This document shows, one piece after another, positions 26,194 to 35,556 of a stretch of 64,000 nucleotides of DNA. Positions within the stretch are counted from its first letter, which is position 1. Every line of letters starts with the position of its first letter. A program made the position numbers and the translations under genes. This stretch comes from Cyanophora paradoxa CCMP329 (taxonomy: Eukaryota > Plantae > Glaucophyta). The notes under the pieces are model-generated. The model made no database searches. It had not been told where the DNA came from and saw nothing but the letters and a program-made list of their open reading frames with translations. The DNA lies in the NCBI GenBank assembly GCA_004431415.1, contig QPMI01000545.1, positions 214,900-278,899 of the forward strand, in the 5' to 3' direction.

Positions 26194-27672
26194 CTAACTA
26201 TGCTCAGACTCTAACTGAATGCTGTACCCCCTCACTGGCCGAAGTGAGACGGTCCCCACTCGAGGTCGGGGTGGGCCATGGGGCCTCCGGCGGGGTACGA
26301 TGCTCCCGCTTGCCAGCTCCATGTACTCCCCCACGGGGTTGTCTTCGTTTGCGAGGTCCCTGTAGTTGCCCTTTACGAGATCCGCCGCCGCTTTGCGCCA
26401 GCGAACGGCCACGTTGTACGTGTTGTCGATGATGTTCTGCACTGTACCTCCATGGGTATTAGGGACGGCCTATAGTCGACCTGTCTCTCACGCAGGTTCA
26501 ATTCCCTTTGGTAGTAATCCACTGCGTCTGGGAGGGCCCTGAGCTCCAACGGGTGCTGGCCGGGTCCGACGAGCTAATGAGCCCGGAGCGTTGCAGCGCG
26601 TTCACAGCCGCCCGCAGCATGATTTTGCCTACCCCCCGCATCGCGTTATTCTGCTCGGGCGTCCCGTACCCCCCTGCGGCCCGTAATCGTTGTAGTAGCT
26701 CTCTATTTCGACTGTGGCCGGGCTAGTACCAACCCGAGGCTGCACAAAGCCGTACAGCCATGCCATAGCGTCGTTGTCCGCGGAGCGGCCGCTCTCGGAG
26801 AGGAAGAGAACACTTCGATTTTGAAGTCCCTCGTCCGCCGGTTGACTCGCGTCATTAGGTTGAGGGGGTAGCGCGCATTGCCGAATTTATCAGGAAAGAG
26901 GCGGTGTAGCTTGAACCATGCTTCCTGATCGCCGTACGACATTCGCTCGCGGCTCGCTGAGAATTTCTACCTGTACCCCTACTCGCGGTCGGGTACTTGT
27001 AGCCGGGCATCAGCCTCGCGCGCTTGCGCATCTCCGCCTCCTCGGGTAGCCAGTTCTTCGGGTCGTTGCTCCACTCCTCCCATTCGCGTATGTCTCGCCC
27101 GACGTCACGTGGGGCGGGGCGTTTATCGGTGGGGCGGGCGGGGCTGGCAGGGCCTGGCGCCGGGGTTGAGGCCCCTGTTCCACGAGTACTCGGGGTACTC
27201 TTCCCAGCCCAGGGGTACCAGATTTGCCGGAATCGGCTCAACTTCGAATTGGGGCTTTTTGGTGTGATACTCATAGTTCGTGACGTACGCCGTCACAGCC
27301 GAGCGCAAGCGCGAGAGGTCGCGCAAATTTACGTCGTCCCATTCCGAGTCCCTTGCCTTCGCGTACCGCTCGAGGATTTGCATGCGAATGTGGTCCGGGA
27401 GGGTCGAGAGTATGCTGAGCTTGGAGCCCAGGGCGAACCAGATGCGCTTGAACTCGTCGATAATCCTGCCCTCGTCGTGGCTCCGGACGTATGAGGCCCC
27501 GCCATAGTTGTAATGGCTGTCCAGCCACCCTGCCCGGCCAGCTCCAGCACCGGCCAGGTTGGCGCTGTCGATTCGGTCGCGAGGCCTGCTCTACCACCCA
27601 GCGTCTAAGGTCCTTGACCTGATCTATGAACTGTGCGATCACGTCCTTGGGCGCTTCCTCTGCATCCGACAT
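26194..27672 (-). CDS. Intronless protein of about 490 aa with a C-terminal GNAT acetyltransferase domain (frameshifted in this sequence)
   Basis: Stitching frames gives MSDAEEAPKDVIAQFIDQVK ... TVEIELLQR..AMRGVGKIMLRAAVNAL..LELRALPDAVDYYQREL. This contains GNAT motif A (RGxGxxL) and motif B (LxLxA..AxxYY). Confidence 0.6.
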
Positions 27673-27722
27673 TTGCAATTGCACACATCAAGAAATTCTA
27701 AACGCTACTGCGAGACCAAGTC

Positions 27723-28387
27723 ATGCATACCGATACAGATTGCGAGACTTGCGAGAACTTGCAACAGGGGAGCGCGGCGTGGCACGCGGCGCGCCGCGAA
27801 AAGCTAACTGCCTCGAACTTTGCGGCTGCGTGCGGCATAAATCCCTGGAAATCCAGGGCCCGCCTCTGGGCGGAGCTAAGCGGCATAGCGGAGGAAAACA
27901 ACTTCGACAACCCTGCGCTAACCTACGGCATGACTATGAGCCCCTCGCGGTCTCTCTCTACAAAACGTCGAACAACAACGTGGACGTGCAACATACTGGA
28001 TTGCACGAACATAAGGAACTGCCCTTCCTGGCGGGCAGCCCGGACGGGCTGATTGGAAGCGATCGTATACTTGAAATAAAATGCCCCTACAAACAAGAAC
28101 TCTACGAAAAGGTCCCAACTTATTACATGCCCCAGCTCCAGGGCCTGCTGGACATAACGGGCCGCGAGTGGGCCGAACTTTTTTGCTTCACTCCTCTGCG
28201 CGTGCAAACGTGGTACGTCAGACGGGACGAGAGGTACATCAAGCTCATGAGGAAGTGCTTACATCTATTTTGGATGCACGTCAAGGAGGGCACGCCGCCC
28301 GAGCCCTACAGCGATCGAATGAAGTCAGAGAACCTCAGCGAGGAGCAGGCGGCGCTGCGCGAGTTTAAGTCGTACGCCCTCCTCTAG
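27723..28387 (+). CDS. YqaJ-like viral recombinase / lambda-type exonuclease, copy 1 (one G missing at about 27927)
   Basis: QGSAAWHAAR..LTAS, SPDG, LEIKCPY and YYMPQLQG. Same as the intact copies except acctacggcatg versus acctacgggcatg. Confidence 0.9.
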
Positions 28388-28508
28388 TGTCCGGACCTTT
28401 CCAATACTCTATATGATTATTGGAGGGTCCGGACACGTCTCTTGGTCAGACTACTTCTGTCCCAGGTCTTTGGAATCTTAATATAAATTTTCCCGGGACC
28501 CGGGACAG
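28387..28508. terminator. Two stem-loops with AT-rich loops between the convergent YqaJ and gene A (repeated in each unit)
   Basis: First: gtgtccggacctttccaata..tattgg(g)agggtccggacac, about 20-bp stem. Second: ctgtcccaggtc..gacccgggacag. Confidence 0.5.
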
Positions 28509-28540
28509 GCTTGGTCGGACTCACCGTAGCTTGGTGTAGC

Positions 28541-31500
28541 TCAGGCCCAGGCCGGGTAGGCGAGTCTGTAATGAATCAGACCGCGCAGGATTTGGTTGAG
28601 CTGCTCGGTGCAGGGGGCGGGAAGGCGAGGCCGCGGAGGCCATAGAGACGTAGCGGAAGGGGTGGGGAGGCGGCCCCTGTTATCCCACATGGCGTCCACT
28701 ATGGCGTTGTGGACCACTTGCTCTGGGAGGGCGGGACGGGCCTGCGCGCACCGTTTCAGGCCCTCAGCAGCCCTCGAAGATGTTGGAGTTGGCGTGCACC
28801 AGCGGGAGGGAGGGCTGGACGGCGGCGGCGAGCCCGGGCCGAGCCCTGGGTGGCGAGGGCCTGCGAGGGCGCCGGCTCCAGCTCCATCTCGAACATACCG
28901 CCCTCGACGTCGACGGTCACGGGCGGCGAGGCCGGGATCGCGCCGGCCTGCTGCGTGGCGGGGACCTGAGCCGAGAAGTTCTCGAGCCGCCACTCGCGGC
29001 AGCCCTGGCACTCACCTGGACGAAGACGGTGCGGTTGGCGACGGGCGGCGTCGGCAGGGCCTGCGCGGGGCGTCACTCACAGAAGCCGAAGGCGCCGGCC
29101 TTGTGGGGCGGGGCGTCGGGGTCGCGGGCGTGCTATAGGCCTCCGAGCCCTCCGATTCAGAGTCACTCACCGGGCTGAGAGGGTGGGGTGAGAAGAGGCC
29201 GAGGCGGGCCTTCTTGGCGGGCAGGAGGTGGGAGCCGTTGAGGGCGCAATCGGCGCCGTGGGCGCACCTCTCTCCGTAGGTGGGCAGAGGGCCGGGGGCG
29301 AGGGCGCCGGAGCCAAGGGCGCCGGAGCCGAGGACGCCGGGGCTGGAGGAGCGGTGAGAGGGGCCGAGGAGGAGAGGAAGGGGAAGGCGCGGGCACCGGC
29401 GCCGGGACGAGGCCCTCCTCCAGCAGCCGCATCTGCGCCTCCTTCGCCTTCTCGTCGATGCGGGCCTCGAACGTCGCCCAGTTGAAGCCGACGGCGTCCG
29501 CCTCCGCCAGCTCGGGGAGGCCGTGCTCGTCGAACGCCAGCGCGGGCCGCCCGCTGAAGCCGAACGGGGCGGGGGCGAGAGCGCGTTGTCCCCGACGCCC
29601 CAGACGGCGCTGAACGCCGCATCGTCCCAGCGCGCCTCCGCCTCCGCCTGGCCCTCGTCCCTTGCCTCGTCCACCTCCTTGGCGGAGAGCGACCCGATCT
29701 TGATGATGGAGGCCTGGATCAGCACAAACTCGCGCTGGAAGAATTGGACGAGCGGGATGGTAACTGCGGGAGAGGGGTGAGCGGGAGAGCGCGGGGCGCA
29801 GGCCAAGGGCGGGGCGCAGGCCAAGGGCGGGGCGGACGCACATTCGATGCCGTAGGCCACCTCCTTGATGTAGCGGCCCCGGCGGCCGATCTCCTTGGCC
29901 AGCATGCTGCACTCCTTGCGCGCCGGGTGGCCGTGGCCCCACTCCATGGCGATCATCGCCTTCGCCAGACGGACGCCCTCGATGTGCCACTCGTCCATCA
30001 GCGCCTCCAGCTTGGCGCAGATGCGCATCCAGAAGAAGACGCGCTTGAGCTTGTCGCGGTCGAATTCGGCGTCGCCGCTCTTGCTGCCCCAGTCGCGCAG
30101 GTCCGTCTCCTCCGCCTTCTTCACCTTCTCGTACCAGCACTTGATCTTCTCCGCCTGGCGCTGGAACTCGTCCGCCCGCGCCGTGAGAACGTCCGACTCC
30201 TCCTGCGCTCCGAGGGCCCGGGGTCAGGGAGGAGAGGCGGGCTAAGCGGGGCGGCGGCGGACCGTGTGCGAGAGCTCGCCGACGATCACGGAGATGGCCG
30301 CCGAGAGGATCTCACGGGCGCGGGCCGGCCCGTTTGGGTGGCCCTCGCGCAGAACCTCCTCCAGCTTCAGCACGGCCGTCCGCGCGAGATCGCGGTGGCG
30401 CTGGCGGGTCTCGTCGCTCCGGCCCTGATCCACGAGAAGCTGGAGCTGGGGCCGCATGCCGGAGTCGCAGACGCTGGCGTACTTCAGAAGGGCCGCGCAG
30501 GAGAGCACCTTCTGCACGCTGACCAGCCAGTACGCGTAGCCCAGCGGGCTCTCCGCGCTCGGGTTCTCCCCGACCTGCGGACGCGACCTTAGCGCGCGCA
30601 GGGGCAGGGGAAAGGGGAAAGGGCGGGCTCTCGCGCACGTAAATGTCATCGGCGCAGGAGAGGAACATGTGATCAACGACGTCGAAGAAGCCGCCGGACG
30701 GGAGCGTGCCGACGCCGTGGTACGCGCCTTGGATGGTCTCGCCGGCGCAGATGCCGGCCTGGACGGTGACGGTGTACTGCGAGGCCGGCGGCCCCTCCTT
30801 CACGTAGACGAAGTTGAGGTCGTACTTCTTGGCGTACGTCGGGTTGATGCGCTTGGTGACGATGACGTAATCGCACCGAACGCCGAGGCCGACGGGCTGG
30901 CCTTCTCCTTCTCCGTCACCGACGCCAGGCACTGATCCCGCGCGATCAAGAGCTGCAGCGGCCCGCGCGTGAGCAAGCGCGGGCACGCGAGCGCAGGGAA
31001 GGGCCCTCACCCCGTGGGCGCCGCCGCTGCCGGATTTGAGGTCCGCGAGGAACTCCTTCTGCTCCGGAGTGCCGGAGAAGATCGCGCGCGGATGGAAATC
31101 GCGATGGAGCGCGATGCTGTTGAAGCAGCCCGCCGCCGCATTGTCGGACATCAGCAACAGCGCCACATCGCCGTGCGTGAAGCCGTACTTCGCCTTCACA
31201 TGCTCCGGCAGCTCGTGAATGCTGTAAGGCACGATCTGCGCGCGGGGCACGCGAGCCGGGGCATGTGAGCCGGGCCGAAGCGGTGCGGGCGAAACCGCGA
31301 ACCTCGTTGAACTTATTCACCGGCGTGAACTGGCCCTTGGTCTTCAAGCGCTTCGGGTGGCCGTCCGTGTTCTGGATCTTCTTCAGCCCGCCGAACGGCT
31401 CGAAGCGCGGCACGCCGGCCGAGTTGAACACGCTATCGCAGGTCATCGCGTTGAGCGCCTCCTCCGCCGACAGGCTGCCGAGATCGCGGGCTATGCTGTC

Positions 31501-31554
31501 CTGCTCGCCGGGCTGCTGCTGCTTCGCGCACGAGCGGAAGGTCGCCGCCTGCAT
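28541..31554 (-). CDS. Gene A: large multi-exon hypothetical protein of the viral element, copy 1
   Basis: Exons MQAATFRS..NKFNE / IVPYSIHEL..GAHG / LLIARDQC..ADDIY / VGENPSAE..ELSHT / EESDVL..YGIE / VTIPLVQFF.., joined by GT..CAG introns (e.g. 31236-31302). The 3' exons are uncertain. Confidence 0.65.
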
Positions 31555-31859
31555 CGCGAGTGTTACTGCCCGCGATGTCTCAACGGATTCCGTTCAACGT
31601 CGTACCCCCGCTGGCTTGTTCCCTCCCCAACTCGCGAAGACTCAGACTTGAAGCCCGCTTCCCCCCCCCTCAAAATGCGTACCCCCCTTGGGCTCGAACC
31701 CCGGTCGGTTTCTCGCTTTTTTTTGACTGCCCAGTCCGGCGATGCAATGCAGGCCGCTCGTTCAAATCGGCTGGGAACTTGGCGCCAGAACCTTCGCAGC
31801 GCGCGCAGCACTCCCAGCAGAGCGCGCGCAGCACCGGCGGCAGCATCGGCGGCAGCAGC

Positions 31860-34714
31860 ATGTCTCGGCTCGCGCTCCCTCCGGAGATCCCGGCTAAGCT
31901 GGCGAAGAACACGCTGTACGACGTTCTCTGCGTCGGCGACAGCTTCGGCGTCGATTGGACGGTTTTCGAGGCCGGCATCAGCGACCAGGCGAAGGAGGCG
32001 CAGGCGCGTGCGCTGGAGGATGGCATGCAGTTCAGCCCGAGCAGCAAGGATGTGCTGCGCAAGACCGAGCTGGCCGAGCGCAAGCGCAAGCTCGCCGCGG
32101 CGCGGACTTTGAACGCCGAGGGTGCCCCCGGCCCGTCGGTGCAGTTCTCCATCGACTCCGTCCTGTCGCGGCTGCGGCTCGCGGAGGTGCTCGCTGCCTC
32201 TTTCTCCCTCACGCGCCCGGCTCGCAGCGGCTGAGGCGCCGCCGCGCTCGCAGGACGCGGACGTGCGGGCGATGCACGCGGCGCTGAACATGACGGAGGA
32301 GAACTTCGACACGCCGAGCAAGCCGAAGCCCGGGCGCGATTCCGACGCCCGCCGGCTGTTCGCGGCGCAGCGCCTGCGGCTGCTCATGGGCGCCGTGCCC
32401 CGGCACATCGCCAAGGGCGAGTGGCGCACGATTGGCCTGCTGGCGGGCCCGGAGGAGTTCTACTTCAACCGCATGGCGGAGGCGGCCCCGCACCTGCTCT
32501 GGCTGCTGGTGCTCAGCTCGGACCCGGCCTACACGCCCGAGGTGCGCCCCCGGCCGCCCGTGCAGCCGCGGCCGCCCTCCCCGCCGACCCCCGCCGGCCC
32601 GCAGAGGCTGGCGAAGGGCATCATGGGCGTCGAGGCGCGCTGCATCATGCGGAACAGCCGCGCGTTCATCACGCGCCACGAGAGCTCGGCGGTCTGGGGC
32701 GAGCGGCCGGACACCGGCGTCCTCACCGACGCCTACGCCATCCGCATCGTGCTGGAGGCGGCCTGCCGGACGTGCCGGGACCGCCACGGGCGCCAGGGCA
32801 TCTGCGCCTTCGACCTGGTTCCTGAGTTCGAGGTGCCCGGCGTCACCATCGGCGACCGCGTGCAGGTGCGCCGTTTCTATTTGGATGCTATTTAGATGCT
32901 ATTTAGACTATTTAGATGCCATTTAAACCCCCTCGCAGGTCATCCGCCGGTGCTCGATGCCGGACTCGCACGGGCGGCCCATGATCCACGGCGCCGTGAA
33001 GTACGTGGTGCCGCGGCGCACCCTCGCCCTCACCTTCTTCGTCCCCGTCTTCGACAAGGCGGCCGCCGCCGCCGCCGCCGCCGCCTCCCGCCCCGCCCCA
33101 TGCTCGCGGCCGCGGAGTCCTCGGATTCCGACTCGGATTCCGAGGCGGAGCGCGAGGCCGAGGCCGCCGCCGCGGCCCGGGCGCTGGACTTCACGGAGGA
33201 GGAGCTGGAGCGGGCGCGGAGCCTGCCGCGCGCCGGCCAGGCGATGGCCGCGGCCTTCCAGGCGGCGATCGGCGAGGCGACGGCCTCCGCCTCGGGCGCC
33301 CGGGCCGGCGGCAGCATGATCACGGCGGAGGGCCTCGCGCGCGCCATGCGCGTGGCCCAGGCCCAGGCCCAGGCGAAGGGCAAGGGCAAGGGCAAGGCCG
33401 CCTACATCGACCTGCGGTTCGAGGAGGAGGAGGCGGGTGCCCCGGCGGCGCGGCGCGATCTCGGCGAGGAGATGGAGGCGGCGGCCCCCAAGGCGGCCGG
33501 TGCGCCCTCCCCGCCCCTAATTTCTGAGCCTAGGGCGTTCCAGAGGCGCAAAGGAATGACCCTGCCCACAGAGGAGGAGCTGGAGGCCGAGCGCGAGATG
33601 GAGATGGAGGCCGCGCTGGCGGCGGCGGCGGACGCGAAGGCCTCGCGCGAGCTGGAGGTGGCGGAGGAGTACGCGATGGAGCTGGAGCGCGAGCGCGAGC
33701 GCGAGGGCGAGCCCGATGCGGAGCTGGCGGCGACGGTGGAGGCGGGGGCGGGGGACACCTTCGAGCCCGAGCCCCCGTCGACGAGTTCTACCCCCTCCCG
33801 CCCTCCCCTCCCTCGACGGCGCCCCGCCGCCGCCCATCGAGGAGTTCTCGGACGACGAGCCCGGCGACGCCGGCCCCAGGCCGCCCCTCGTCTCCCCCGC
33901 CGCCCGCCGCCCCCGTGCCCCCCGCCAGCCCCGCCGCCTCCGACGTCTCCTGGCGCCCGAGCGGCAACCCCTCGGCCTTCAGTCCCTTCCGCCCCTCGCA
34001 GCCCTCGCAGCGCCCGCCGCCCTCCGTCCAGGGTACCCCCTCGCCCGCCCCATCCCCTCGCCGCCGCGGGGCACGCCCGTCGCCACGCCCGCCTCCTCCC
34101 TCGGCCACATGCCCCCTCCGCCCCTCCGGCCCCCGCGCCGGCCGCCTCTCCCGCCGGGCCCAGCAGCGGCGCGAGCGCGAGCGGCAGCTGCTGCGCGATC
34201 AGCGGGCGGAGGCGGAGGCGGACCACGACGACGGCCAGGCGTCGGAGGTGCCCCGGCGGCGCGGCGCGATCTCGGCGAGGAGATGGAGGCGGCGGCCCCC
34301 AAGGCGGCCGGTGCGCCCTCCCCGCCCCTAATTTCTGAGCCTAGGGCGTTCCAGAGGCGCAAAGGAATGACCCTGCCCACAGAGGAGGAGCTGGAGGCCG
34401 AGCGCGAGATGGAGATGGAGGCCGCGCTGGCGGCGGCGGCGGACGCGAAGGCCTCGCGCGAGCTGGAGGTGGCGGAGGAGTACGCGATGGAGCTGGAGCG
34501 CGAGCGCGAGCGCGAGGGCGAGCCCGATGCGGAGCTGGCGGCGACGGTGGAGGCGGGGGCGGGGGACACCTTCGAGCCCGAGCCCCCCGTCGACGAGTTC
34601 TACCCCCTCCCGCCCTCCCCCTCCCTCGACGGCGCCCCGCCGCCGCCCATCGAGGAGTTCTCGGACGACGAGCCCGGCGACGCCGGCCCCAGGCCGCCCC
34701 TCAAGAAATTCTAA
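31860..34714 (+). pseudogene. Gene B 5' half (truncated copy of the helicase gene), copy 1
   Basis: Starts MSRLALPPEIP, with introns at 32187-32253, 32542-32604 and 32866-32938. Truncated at the unit junction (..RPPLKKF*) before the helicase domain. Confidence 0.65.
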
Positions 34715-34735
34715 ACGCTACTGCGAGACCAAGTC

Positions 34736-35401
34736 ATGCATACCGATACAGATTGCGAGACTTGCGAGAACTTGCAACAGGGGAGCGCGGCGTGGCACGC
34801 GGCGCGCCGCGAAAAGCTAACTGCCTCGAACTTTGCGGCTGCGTGCGGCATAAATCCCTGGAAATCCAGGGCCCGCCTCTGGGCGGAGCTAAGCGGCATA
34901 GCGGAGGAAAACAACTTCGACAACCCTGCGCTAACCTACGGGCATGACTATGAGCCCCTCGCGGTCTCTCTCTACAAAACGTCGAACAACAACGTGGACG
35001 TGCAACATACTGGATTGCACGAACATAAGGAACTGCCCTTCCTGGCGGGCAGCCCGGACGGGCTGATTGGAAGCGATCGTATACTTGAAATAAAATGCCC
35101 CTACAAACAAGAACTCTACGAAAAGGTCCCAACTTATTACATGCCCCAGCTCCAGGGCCTGCTGGACATAACGGGCCGCGAGTGGGCCGAACTTTTTTGC
35201 TTCACTCCTCTGCGCGTGCAAACGTGGTACGTCAGACGGGACGAGAGGTACATCAAGCTCATGAGGAAGTGCTTACATCTATTTTGGATGCACGTCAAGG
35301 AGGGCACGCCGCCCGAGCCCTACAGCGATCGAATGAAGTCAGAGAACCTCAGCGAGGAGCAGGCGGCGCTGCGCGAGTTTAAGTCGTACGCCCTCCTCTA
35401 G
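34736..35401 (+). CDS. YqaJ-like viral recombinase / lambda-type exonuclease, copy 2
   Basis: Intact 221-aa ORF with W..R..LTAS, G..E, SPDG, EIKCP and YxxQxQ motifs. Confidence 0.93.
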   Translation: MHTDTDCETCENLQQGSAAWHAARREKLTASNFAAACGINPWKSRARLWAELSGIAEENNFDNPALTYGHDYEPLAVSLYKTSNNNVDVQHTGLHEHKELPFLAGSPDGLIGSDRILEIKCPYKQELYEKVPTYYMPQLQGLLDITGREWAELFCFTPLRVQTWYVRRDERYIKLMRKCLHLFWMHVKEGTPPEPYSDRMKSENLSEEQAALREFKSYALL

Positions 35402-35556
35402 TGTCCGGACCTTTCCAATACTCTATATGATTATTGGGAGGGTCCGGACACGTCTCTTGGTCAGACTACTTCTGTCCCAGGTCTTTGGAATCTTAATATA
35501 AATTTTCCCGGGACCCGGGACAGGGCTTGGTCGGACTCACCGTAGCTTGGTGTAGC

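Noticed and set aside
30780-30890. Gene A segment RCDYVIV..LNFVYVK as a PD-(D/E)xK nuclease
   Set aside because: The expected acidic residue before xK is Tyr. Too weak to call without a profile search.
31680-31740. Possible tRNA gene
   Set aside because: Only a T-loop/B-box match. No acceptor, D or anticodon arms could be folded.
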